Position numbers and translations under genes: made by a program. 64,000 bases of DNA from an uncultured virus (IMG/VR IMGVR_UViG_3300037882_001470) (Duplodnaviria; Heunggongvirae; Uroviricota; Caudoviricetes), in IMG/VR virus record IMGVR_UViG_3300037882_001470. One strand, given 5' to 3'. Below are positions 1 through 8,878 of this stretch, in pieces. Under the pieces are notes generated by a model. The model was not told the origin of the DNA, did not search any database, and saw only the letters and a list, made by a program, of their open reading frames with translations. The first letter of the stretch is position 1; the number at the start of each line of letters is the position of its first letter.

Positions 1-1273
1 CGCCACCGCCGCCACCGCCACATGCGCCGCCTGCGCCTCCAGGTGCACCATCTGTTGTTACCGCCACAGTTGCACCCCCTCCACCTCCTCCACCTCCTCC
101 AAATATAGATCTACCATCAATACCAGGGAGGCCGGCTGTGGGTGTAACGCCTGACGTTCCAGCGGCGCCACCTCCTCCGGTAATTGCCGAGTTAGAAGCG
201 CCCCCCGCTGACGCGTTAGCCACTGCCGGACCGGCAGAGTTATGACCCGCACCAGAACCTCCACCCCCGCCGCCATATAAAGAAGACCCACCAACACACG
301 GTATCGGAGGAGAGGCGCCTGTGGAACCCCCACCACCGCCACCACCATCGATACCGTTGTGTGTAGTGATTACGGTCACTGGTCCCGGCGTGCCCATTCC
401 GGACGCATAGGGCGAGTTTCCTGCCGGAGCTCCACCATTTCCAGGGGTTGTAGACCCGGAGCCTCCTGCACCCGCGATGCCGGCGCCCCCGCCGCCACCG
501 GTGGTGGTGGCTGAAATCTGCCCGCCACTACCGCCCCCGCCGCCATAGGCTTTGACGTAGCCATCTGCGCCGAATTGTGATGCACCACCTACACCACCGC
601 TGCCGCCAGCAGCGCCCGTAGCTCCCGGTACTCCCGCAGTCCCACCGCTTCCAACGATGATTACTTCGGTTGATAACAAATCTGACGCGTGAAACACACC
701 CGTGACGCGAGCGCCTCCACCACCGCCCGCCCCTCCTTTAATAGCCAATGTTGATAGTGACGCTCCAGCTCCGCCTCCGCCGCCGGCTCCATACGCCACA
801 ACAATTACGATTTTAGGGACGAAGTTCGTAGGCTTGACCCATGGGCTTTGCGCAGACGATGTAAAAACTTGAACGTCAGCCGCAGAAATCGCCCCAGTTG
901 TCTTCGGCAACCCTCCGCGTGAATAGCTATACCACGAACCAGTATCATTGAATACGACAGATTCCCCGGCGAGTAATGTACCTTTCCATAATACAACCTC
1001 TGTAGTACCGTCTGTATGTGTCACGGATATATTATTTGTAACGGAACTGTGGTTGTTCAGCAACGAGATAAACTTCACATTTCTGACCGCAGAAGCTGCC
1101 GGAGAACCAACAACTGTCGTAGTTGTAGCGGTTGTTATCGACGGGGTATTTGTACGCCCGGGAGTTATTACAGTCCCTGACGTATTGTCTACCCACGAAG
1201 CGTGGATTTCGATGTCCCCCGCCGCGCTGGTAGAAACGTTAATGAGGTCCGATACAGAACTAAGTAAAAGCAT
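1..1273 (-). CDS. Glycine-rich tail fibre/adhesin-like protein (truncated by the left edge; absent from the ORF track)
   Basis: ATG at 1273, a few nt after the previous stop. Reads MLLLSSVSDLINVSTSAAGDIEIHASWVDN...VQVFTSS...WVKP...IVVAYGAGGGGGAG followed by long G/A-rich runs, and is in frame with Gly-rich codons at base 1. Typical phage glycine-rich domain. Confidence 0.8.
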   Translation of the reverse strand, partial: MLLLSSVSDLINVSTSAAGDIEIHASWVDNTSGTVITPGRTNTPSITTATTTTVVGSPAASAVRNVKFISLLNNHSSVTNNISVTHTDGTTEVVLWKGTLLAGESVVFNDTGSWYSYSRGGLPKTTGAISAADVQVFTSSAQSPWVKPTNFVPKIVIVVAYGAGGGGGAGASLSTLAIKGGAGGGGGARVTGVFHASDLLSTEVIIVGSGGTAGVPGATGAAGGSGGVGGASQFGADGYVKAYGGGGGSGGQISATTTGGGGGAGIAGAGGSGSTTPGNGGAPAGNSPYASGMGTPGPVTVITTHNGIDGGGGGGGSTGASPPIPCVGGSSLYGGGGGGSGAGHNSAGPAVANASAGGASNSAITGGGGAAGTSGVTPTAGLPGIDGRSIFGGGGGGGGGATVAVTTDGAPGGAGGACGGGGGG

Positions 1274-1281
1274 GATTGAGA

Positions 1282-2214
1282 TTAATTGAGTTTGATCCAG
1301 GTGTTATCTGGTTGAAAGAATATTTCGCTAGCGGTTACTGCATGCCCTACAATACGTATCACACTGTTTGGTGCGGTAGGTCGAATCTGCGTTAAATTAC
1401 CACCAGCCGTTAAGTAAACAGGCGCACCAACAGTCATCGCCGGAAAGTTGGTGTCGGCGCGTATCAAGCCGTTAACAAGGATCGTAACAGTAGCCCCATC
1501 AGACGAGTTCGTCACCGCAATTCCTAAAAACCCTCTAGGGTCCCCGGCGGTAGATGCTGGTGCGGTAACGTTGACTAGTCTCCATCGAGAGTTAATGGAC
1601 GACAATGTAACCAAATCCCCAAACACCAGAGCGTCTCCGCCGATACCGTTAATCGTAGTCCCTGCGTGTTTACCAGTAATGTCGCCGCTATTTAAGTGCA
1701 GATTGCCGGGAACCACTGTGATGTCCGAAGTGCCGTCGAACGCTACCCCGTTAATATTGCGAGCGGTAGTAAGTTTTGAAGCGCTGCCTGTAGTATTCTG
1801 GTTCAGTTGCGGGAAGTCTCCGGCACTAGCAATTGAAGGAGCCCCGGTGCCTGTCGTATTTTTGAGAATACCAGTAGCGAGCCCTGATAACGTAACACCA
1901 TTAATGCTGGTTGTGTCCCCACCGCCTCCACCAGCGCCAATCGATACCGTGACGTTGTTTATTCTGGCACGCATGGCGTTGGTTGTGCTGTTGTACCATA
2001 TATCGCCGTTGACTGCAGTTGACGGGTCCGCAGTATGAGATCCTACATTCAGCCCGGATGAGACGCCGTTGGGGTTAAACGTCTGCTTAACGCCGTCTCC
2101 GTATGTGATACCATCAATCTCAAGCACCACATACTTCAGTTTTGTTGGCACCTGCGCGCAAGCGCACTGCAGCGCAAATACCAATGATAAAAAACTAAAA
2201 ACTAATGACTTCAT
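1282..2214 (-). CDS. Tail fibre-like protein with an N-terminal signal-peptide-like segment
   Basis: Fibre-type motif SASKLTTARNINGVAFDGTSDIT; C-terminal beta domain (LGIA...G.I...GAPVYL...G.LT...RIVG); hydrophobic N-terminus. Confidence 0.6.
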   Translation of the reverse strand: MKSLVFSFLSLVFALQCACAQVPTKLKYVVLEIDGITYGDGVKQTFNPNGVSSGLNVGSHTADPSTAVNGDIWYNSTTNAMRARINNVTVSIGAGGGGGDTTSINGVTLSGLATGILKNTTGTGAPSIASAGDFPQLNQNTTGSASKLTTARNINGVAFDGTSDITVVPGNLHLNSGDITGKHAGTTINGIGGDALVFGDLVTLSSINSRWRLVNVTAPASTAGDPRGFLGIAVTNSSDGATVTILVNGLIRADTNFPAMTVGAPVYLTAGGNLTQIRPTAPNSVIRIVGHAVTASEIFFQPDNTWIKLN

Positions 2215-2885
2215 AGAGCCGCGATGTAGTCGAATGCAAAGTCCGCACTGGTTTCACCCATGAACCACTGACGGAAGCCGGAGTAGGTTTTGTTCGTGAT
2301 GACGGCGAGCGCGACAATCGACGTAGGATCTCCACCGGGTGTATAGCGTAGCTCGCGTGTCGGTATTACGTAGTCGACGGAAGTAAACGGCGTAGCGAAC
2401 ACAATGTCCACAAACTGTGCCGACGTGAGAGTGACCGTACCACTTCGTGTCGCCACAACAACTCCAGAATTTTGTGTCGGAAAAATATCATGTTGATGCA
2501 CGCGCGCGGGGGCCTGTAGCAACCACGCCGTGAAGATAATTGCGGAGCTCACTGTCGAGTAAACTACCAGTTGGTAAGTGCCAGACGCGGTTACCAAAGC
2601 TGGCGCTACTGTCAACGAGGCAACATACTTCGTTCCTACGCGGGCTACGGACATGGCTGCCGGCATGAAATTCCCAGAGACGAGTCGCCCGTTCAGGTCC
2701 ATTACTGCAAGGCTTACGTCAGGTACGTCACCGGGTATGTCGTAACCTCCGAAAGAAAACGAGAAACCTCCGAGCGAATTAAACACGACAGTTGGCTCTT
2801 CAGGTGCCGTCAATCCAGGTCTAATAGGTAGCCCTGGAGCGGCGGCGCACGCGCATGGTTGTTCATCTCTATTTATAACGATCAT
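2211..2885 (-). CDS. Putative tail/baseplate-associated protein
   Basis: Coupled to both neighbours; C-terminal SGTVT...IVFATPF beta motif resembles the C-terminus of 52077-52943. Confidence 0.5.
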   Translation of the reverse strand: MIVINRDEQPCACAAAPGLPIRPGLTAPEEPTVVFNSLGGFSFSFGGYDIPGDVPDVSLAVMDLNGRLVSGNFMPAAMSVARVGTKYVASLTVAPALVTASGTYQLVVYSTVSSAIIFTAWLLQAPARVHQHDIFPTQNSGVVVATRSGTVTLTSAQFVDIVFATPFTSVDYVIPTRELRYTPGGDPTSIVALAVITNKTYSGFRQWFMGETSADFAFDYIAAL

Positions 2886-3283
2886 ACGGTAAATGTGAAA
2901 GTTTCAGAAGGGGTGGCAACAACTTGCTGTGCTTTCGTGAATTCAGCCACAAACGTTTGGACGTCTTGTCGGATCATTTCAAAAGTGCGATCTAGCTCAT
3001 CGGAATGATCAAAGAAGATCACCGCGGAACTACGTCGGTAATATAGGCCACCCGTAACTGGTGTTACAGGGACTCCCACGGGGTATGGAGCCAAGTCCTT
3101 GATCTCAATTAAACGTTCCATACCATCTTCACTTCCCTCTACGCCAGGACGGGTGCATGCGAACACGAAAAGAGTGGTAGGACAGTCGGTGACGCCTGTG
3201 GCTGTTATCGACAGCGTTAATTTCCAGGAAGGTGAATTTCCCTCTGGCGGTGTAACTGTCTTGGATAAAACGATAGCAGGCAT
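2882..3283 (-). CDS. Hypothetical virion protein
   Basis: 133 aa ORF overlapping both neighbours within the baseplate gene run. Confidence 0.55.
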   Translation of the reverse strand: MPAIVLSKTVTPPEGNSPSWKLTLSITATGVTDCPTTLFVFACTRPGVEGSEDGMERLIEIKDLAPYPVGVPVTPVTGGLYYRRSSAVIFFDHSDELDRTFEMIRQDVQTFVAEFTKAQQVVATPSETFTFTV

Positions 3284-4743
3284 TACGGCACGAATATTAT
3301 AGTATTTCCATCGTCAGTCACGAAGTTATCTCCGAGATCCGACACAAAAAGATCCGGCGTTACTGCACTGTCTACGGACACTCCGTAAGTATCGGAGGCA
3401 TCGGAAGGGACTTGTAAGATTACAACACCTGCGGGTTTATGAAGATCAAGAAACGCGATGAGCCCAGCCCGTCGCGTTTCTTGCCAGTCATCCCACCCGA
3501 CTACTTTGGCGATTATCCAGCTACCCCACCCCCCGTAAGTCAAAAGTTCACGTAAGATGTTTATCCTACGTGTTTCATTCGTCGTTGAAAACCCGAGACT
3601 AGTTGCGAGAGAGGTTGCATGTGTGGATTGTTGTCGATGCAACCAGTTCCAGAATTCATCCGATGCGCCGCCCCCCGTAAATACGAGCTGCCCGGCAATG
3701 GCTGTTGGTCTGGTAGAGAGATCTACATCATAGTCCGGAAACGTAAATTCGTATGGGAGTGGCGGCAAAAAAGACTTCTCAGTAATCGTTCCGGTTGAGA
3801 CAGCATCGCTCCAATTACTGTCCATACCGTGCTTAGACGAGTTCAAAACAATTGGATTTCCGAGTATACTGTTACGTCGCACGAACTCTCCAGCCCGGTG
3901 GCGTATGTGTGGATAGTCGACGCAAACGCGGCCTGCGGACTCTAATTCATAAACAACACCGAATACTGTATCGTTTACGGCAATCACGGTGTCGTTTTCA
4001 TCCAGCCATAGAAATCCGCATACGTCTGATATAGCGTGTAATAAATTTATAGGGGAAAACGTATCGCGTAGCAGTGAGACAACTCCGGCAGCCCCGTTAC
4101 GCAGGCGTGCAGTCTTCGCTACGTATTCAATAACGCTACTCCGACCCGCAACGCTAATATTTGCGACCGCATTGCCATCCGGAAACAGGTCATAAGGGTT
4201 ACTATTAAACAACAGTCCGCCGACACAAAATGTGTAATCAACGCCGGCTACATATTCACGCCCGCTATCGGACAATATCGTGAGTGGTTGTAAGTCGGTG
4301 CCTAAAATATAGCGTCCTGTGGTTTCATAAACTTTCGAAGGACCGACTACACTACCATTGGACGGTCCGTCTAATAACTGCGTGGCATCCTCATCAAACA
4401 AAGGGATACCTTCGGCATCTTGCGCGACAGCCTCTAATGCCCCGGCAATCTTAAACGGGACACCTCCCACTACTACACGGGCGTTTTGGTCTGGGCCTGT
4501 GTATTTGACTGTCCTGCTGTTAACAGGGATAATGTCTCCGACTTCAACCGACGTGGTGTGAGACTCGAACGGGAGATATGGGTTAATATACGTCCCGAGT
4601 ATACGCATCCACGTATGCGAAGATGTCATAGCTGTGGTCGCTAGAAGGCTGCGCAACTTTCGCTTTGAATCCGGTGTTACACGGGACCAAGCGTCTCCAC
4701 CTACGAACCCGAGTAAAGTAAATTGATTATTGATGGACCTCAT
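3283..4743 (-). CDS. Putative baseplate wedge protein (P2 gpI-like position)
   Basis: Directly follows the baseplate J-like gene; C-terminal LDLHKPAGV resembles the KPA motif of wedge proteins. Confidence 0.5.
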   Translation of the reverse strand: MRSINNQFTLLGFVGGDAWSRVTPDSKRKLRSLLATTAMTSSHTWMRILGTYINPYLPFESHTTSVEVGDIIPVNSRTVKYTGPDQNARVVVGGVPFKIAGALEAVAQDAEGIPLFDEDATQLLDGPSNGSVVGPSKVYETTGRYILGTDLQPLTILSDSGREYVAGVDYTFCVGGLLFNSNPYDLFPDGNAVANISVAGRSSVIEYVAKTARLRNGAAGVVSLLRDTFSPINLLHAISDVCGFLWLDENDTVIAVNDTVFGVVYELESAGRVCVDYPHIRHRAGEFVRRNSILGNPIVLNSSKHGMDSNWSDAVSTGTITEKSFLPPLPYEFTFPDYDVDLSTRPTAIAGQLVFTGGGASDEFWNWLHRQQSTHATSLATSLGFSTTNETRRINILRELLTYGGWGSWIIAKVVGWDDWQETRRAGLIAFLDLHKPAGVVILQVPSDASDTYGVSVDSAVTPDLFVSDLGDNFVTDDGNTIIFVP

Positions 4744-6449
4744 ACGGAGCGTAGCTGAATTCCATCACTCGAAAGAATAAACGACATATTGCCGCGATTT
4801 ACTGCCACCTTTGTTGTGGTGTCTGTGAATGGATTTGTAGGAGATAAGTCGGTGACCTTCGTCGCAATCCAGCCAGGAACTTGTAACCTCGCACCTACCG
4901 CAGCCGTATAATCGGACACTGGGTTAACGTTCCCTGGAGGTAGTATGTAAGTAGCGCACGAGAAAACAGCACGGGCATACACAGACACGTCGGCAACGTC
5001 CTGCGCGCGGGCGTATGTCATAATCTCACAAACTCTGGCGAAGCTCATATGATCGTCACCGCCGCATGTCGTTACAAACGTGTGTATTTCACGTGTGGCC
5101 TGCTCGGCGTTTACACGTATCCCACTGCGCGCTCTGTAATCTACCGTCATACTCGACACGACTATAGGAATGAACGGACGGACCACCACATCCACACCGG
5201 GAGTTCTGTTACCTTCGGCATGCATTGTATCCGACACGTAACGTATCATCGGGTCCGTCGTGTAATTGACTGTTAGCGTATACCCCGGAGTTTCAGAAAG
5301 CGAAGTGTCCGACTGAAGATCCGACAGTCCTGCGGTGCTAACCACAACGAACACACGTTGAAACTCTGTACCCGCGCATGTCCCGAGTGGCGCGAGATTC
5401 GACGTTGATTGAATATAGACACTACAGGCTGGTGTGTCCGGTTCCCAAAACGTCCCGTCCAACGCGACAATGTTTTTTATACGTAGTATAGGGTGTTTTG
5501 AGATGACTTCGGCAACCAAGAAGTCCCCGATCCCTTTCACAAAAACTACAGCCTGTGACTCGTCTGTATCGTAATATGGAGACCTCACAAACACATCGAT
5601 ACCGGTTTGTCCGCCAAGAATGACATCGCCGTTGCGCATGGAGTCTTTATCCCACGGCATTACAATGTTTACGTGTGACACTTCAGGGAATAGACGAGAT
5701 ACCATCGCCGTCATACCTGCGCGAGTCGTCCCGTTGGAAGTCGCATACGTTGACTGCGCAGATTTTGCGCGCTGACTTAGACTCCGAGCAGTAACCCCAG
5801 AAATAAAGGATCTATCTACCACAGCAGATACGAGGCCATCAATGGTATAACGCACGACGACCGCCGATGTGTCTTGTGTTACGACGGCTTCCGGAGATCC
5901 GGTGACAGGGATTATCGCCACAAACCGGGTTGGCGATAATTGGCGCAGAGGAAATGCGTTTTGGTAAGGTGGCGTTGGGGTTCCTACACGGAGGATACTC
6001 ACACTACCAGTGAACGATACATCAGGAGTAAACAGACCACCATTGATTTGAAATTGGATATCGCCAGGTAAAACTACAGTTGCATCTGTGTCGAACACCA
6101 GCCGGAGCAGGCCCCTTGAAGGTCGAACATATGTAGCCTCGGTTTCAAAATTGCCTACAAAAGCAGATGCGAGATCGCAATTGAATGCGCCACCAGAAGC
6201 GATGTTCGATAGGTCCACGTCACCAAGTAGTCTGGTGAATGCAGTCTCGAAGGCCGCTTGGTCGAAAGCGCGAGGCGTGACATACATATCCCCGAACACG
6301 GTACCCGGCGACGTAGACGTTGTCGGAAATGCTGCCGACAGCCACGTCGCCGCGGCCAGTCTTCGACTTTTGGCGAGGTCTAAGTTTACTTCGGACTTGT
6401 CGGGTAGATAATTTAGAAAGAAGTTTTTGGATGCGTTTATTAAGCTCAT
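4740..6449 (-). CDS. Baseplate J-like wedge protein
   Basis: N-terminal TSPGTVFGDMYVTP, 'RPSRGLLRLVF...V.LP' segment and GGQTGIDVFV; size and position after a gp25-like gene. Confidence 0.65.
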   Translation of the reverse strand: MSLINASKNFFLNYLPDKSEVNLDLAKSRRLAAATWLSAAFPTTSTSPGTVFGDMYVTPRAFDQAAFETAFTRLLGDVDLSNIASGGAFNCDLASAFVGNFETEATYVRPSRGLLRLVFDTDATVVLPGDIQFQINGGLFTPDVSFTGSVSILRVGTPTPPYQNAFPLRQLSPTRFVAIIPVTGSPEAVVTQDTSAVVVRYTIDGLVSAVVDRSFISGVTARSLSQRAKSAQSTYATSNGTTRAGMTAMVSRLFPEVSHVNIVMPWDKDSMRNGDVILGGQTGIDVFVRSPYYDTDESQAVVFVKGIGDFLVAEVISKHPILRIKNIVALDGTFWEPDTPACSVYIQSTSNLAPLGTCAGTEFQRVFVVVSTAGLSDLQSDTSLSETPGYTLTVNYTTDPMIRYVSDTMHAEGNRTPGVDVVVRPFIPIVVSSMTVDYRARSGIRVNAEQATREIHTFVTTCGGDDHMSFARVCEIMTYARAQDVADVSVYARAVFSCATYILPPGNVNPVSDYTAAVGARLQVPGWIATKVTDLSPTNPFTDTTTKVAVNRGNMSFILSSDGIQLRSV

Positions 6450-6805
6450 TTGAAAGACGCTTGTAGATTGATAGCTAGTCTGGACGTGCTACCAAGAGTC
6501 GGTAAGATTGTTAAATCGGACATTTCTGGCATGTCGTCGTAACCGGTTGTAGCCAGGAAAAACAAGGTGTCAATTGCCGCAAAGTTGCAGGCATGTTGGG
6601 CCGAGACCGCATTAGAGGCCGCGCCGGACAACGCAGCGGCAATCAGGGTAGTGCCGTGGTCAGATACGAGTAAGTCGCTACCTGCACGAGTCTCAATGTT
6701 AACGACGGCACGTTGTAGCTCAGCCGCCTCCCCGGATATTATTTCATCCCACACAATTGCAAAGCTGTTGCCGAGTCCATTGAAACTTAGTTGTGTGGCG
6801 TTCAT
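6446..6805 (-). CDS. Baseplate wedge/sheath initiator, gp25/gpW-like
   Basis: 119 aa with LQRAVVNIETRAGSD...DHGTTL, resembling the gp25/gpW 'T..G....P.YG' pattern; upstream of the J-like gene. Confidence 0.55.
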   Translation of the reverse strand: MNATQLSFNGLGNSFAIVWDEIISGEAAELQRAVVNIETRAGSDLLVSDHGTTLIAAALSGAASNAVSAQHACNFAAIDTLFFLATTGYDDMPEMSDLTILPTLGSTSRLAINLQASFK

Positions 6806-7086
6806 AAAGCCTCCAATCGTTGTATGTGCGTCATCAGCCCATGCGTCAGCAGCCCGACCCGCCCGGTTCTATTGTGTCGGATATCCCTACTTACAGCAGC
6901 AGCCCACGTCGCCTGATTGATCTCACCCGCAGATACCAACGACTTGGCGGTTACTGTTACTTCGGACTGCATCGCCCTATCAGGGTCTACCGCAGGTTTA
7001 CCTCCCACATATAGGCGCCACAGCGCTGCCACCGATTTAATGTCCGATGTCGCTAATGTAAAACCGGTTGTATGCGGGTTTCTCAT
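6802..7086 (-). CDS. Hypothetical protein
   Basis: 94 aa ORF coupled by ATGA overlaps at both ends. Confidence 0.5.
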   Translation of the reverse strand: MRNPHTTGFTLATSDIKSVAALWRLYVGGKPAVDPDRAMQSEVTVTAKSLVSAGEINQATWAAAVSRDIRHNRTGRVGLLTHGLMTHIQRLEAL

Positions 7087-7829
7087 GGTTCTGAAAGCGC
7101 TGCGTGAATCTCGTTGAGCTTGAGTTTAAGACGTGCCGCCCGTCTGGTAAGTGTGGCCGGAGAGAGCTTCAATCGACTTGCGATCTCAGCATGCGTCAAA
7201 GTTTCACCTCCAGCAAATCCGGTTTTCATTTCCAGTATCCTTCGGTCTAATGTCCCTAGATCCGGGAGCAGTATATTCACCGCGTCTGTCATGTAGTCCG
7301 GAGTGTCGTCCACAATAGGACTGTGTAATGGCTTATCATTTCCGAAGGCGTCAATCGCGCGAGCTTCAGTTCCGACACTATGACCTCCCCCTCGTATTTG
7401 CTTGATACGTTTGACTGACATTCCTGCATGGTCGGCCAGTTCTAGGATATCAGGCTCTCTACCGCGGTCTTCAAAAAACTCCGCAGTTTTACTCTGTAGC
7501 GTCACAGCATCACTTTGAAGCCGTTCTGTAGGCGCAATAGGACGTAGCTTCTGTTGTCTAAACCGGAATAAAGGTCGTAGCCCCTGCGTCACCCATGTAC
7601 TGATCGAAGCTCCATGTTGTGGGTCGTATGACTGTATAGCCTTTGCGGCGAGAAGCTTTGCCTGATTTTGAATCAACGGACTATGCCCTAGCCCGTTCAC
7701 TCCGATAAACCCGTTTATCGTAGGCCCAAGATGTTCTACAGTTTGGTGCAGCGCCAAAGGATCGCCACTAGCCTTGTAACGGGTCAGTGCCGAGTTTACA
7801 TCATCTTCCAATGTCGGGTCGTCTGGCAT
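7083..7829 (-). CDS. Phage-encoded sigma70-family RNA polymerase sigma factor
   Basis: Region 2-like LAAKAIQSYDPQHGASISTWV; region 3 GREPDILELADHAGMSVKRIKQI; region 4 LDRRILEMKTG...TLTHAEIASRLKLS helix-turn-helix. Confidence 0.88.
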   Translation of the reverse strand: MPDDPTLEDDVNSALTRYKASGDPLALHQTVEHLGPTINGFIGVNGLGHSPLIQNQAKLLAAKAIQSYDPQHGASISTWVTQGLRPLFRFRQQKLRPIAPTERLQSDAVTLQSKTAEFFEDRGREPDILELADHAGMSVKRIKQIRGGGHSVGTEARAIDAFGNDKPLHSPIVDDTPDYMTDAVNILLPDLGTLDRRILEMKTGFAGGETLTHAEIASRLKLSPATLTRRAARLKLKLNEIHAALSEP

Positions 7830-7851
7830 TTACACGTTACTTTACAGAACG

Positions 7852-8043
7852 CTACTGCCGGCGTCGAAGCTTCTTTTCGTTTTCTAAATCTGCAACACGT
7901 CGTTTGTATTTTGCTACGAGTGCATTCAACTCACCGCCACACCCGTCGCACGTCTGTCGAAGCCTTGCGGACTTAATCTCGTATCTGGCTTGTGCCAGTA
8001 GCTCCGGGTAGTTCTCTAGCCCATCTATGTGAAGATCGTTCAT
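7852..8043 (-). CDS. Small CxxC protein
   Basis: 63 aa containing TCDGCG and a basic tail; ATGA overlap with the upstream gene. Confidence 0.6.
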   Translation of the reverse strand: MNDLHIDGLENYPELLAQARYEIKSARLRQTCDGCGGELNALVAKYKRRVADLENEKKLRRRQ

Positions 8044-8846
8044 TTCTTGAGGATGGCGATCACTTCATCGTAGTAAAGGTGCTGCACGTGCGCCTCGGGC
8101 GAGCATGACGAACACTCTCCGGACGCCTTGAATACGGATAGGTCGTCTTTATATTCGGCCTGTAGGGCTTTAGCCTCTACCCCCATATACGACACATCGG
8201 TGTCGTAAAAGAACTTCATTGCTTCGGAGGACGATACGATCCCGGTATTCGAAGCAGAAATAATACGCCCACCCGCTGCGCTGGTTGTTTGCACAAACCC
8301 TAAAGCCGTATTCCAACGATCGTGCGCGGAGGTCTTAACTGCCTGTCTTTGATTAACCGGCAGTCCCATGTATTTTTTGAGTCGATGGGACGCCTGCGGC
8401 GTAACTGCCGCAGCAATATCCGTTTGCGGTATTACCTCGGTAACCGGACTTGAACGTGACTTGCGTGTTGTCATTGCGAAAGCGGTGCTTGTTATAAATG
8501 TGAATACGATGACGGTGATCGCCATGCGTGCATCGTAGAGACGATCCGTGACTCCGAGATTCAACAGTCCAGGCAGGATACACCCAGCAGCGAAGTATGG
8601 GGCGGTACATAACGGACATACCATCCAAGCTCCGATCTTGTAATCCGGAAACGGAAGTCGACTGGCACACCACATTTCAAACTCCGCCACAGATGCTATA
8701 CCAGACGGAAACTCGAACTTTAACAACCTACATAGACTCCTTACGATGATCAATCGAATGAGCGTAGTGTGCCACACTACGCTCAATATTTTCGTGAGAA
8801 TTATAACGGATAAAACTGAGAGTATGACTGAGATTACTGTGTTCAT
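8040..8846 (-). CDS. Membrane protein with CxxC motifs (DUF1360-like)
   Basis: Likely start MNTVISV at 8846. About three hydrophobic helices; GAWMVCPLCTAPY resembles the DUF1360 C-P-x-C motif; second CSSC near the C-terminus. Confidence 0.6.
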   Translation of the reverse strand: MNTVISVILSVLSVIILTKILSVVWHTTLIRLIIVRSLCRLLKFEFPSGIASVAEFEMWCASRLPFPDYKIGAWMVCPLCTAPYFAAGCILPGLLNLGVTDRLYDARMAITVIVFTFITSTAFAMTTRKSRSSPVTEVIPQTDIAAAVTPQASHRLKKYMGLPVNQRQAVKTSAHDRWNTALGFVQTTSAAGGRIISASNTGIVSSSEAMKFFYDTDVSYMGVEAKALQAEYKDDLSVFKASGECSSCSPEAHVQHLYYDEVIAILKK

Positions 8847-8878
8847 ATTTGAATCTTTGCATTCAATCTGCCGTTGGG

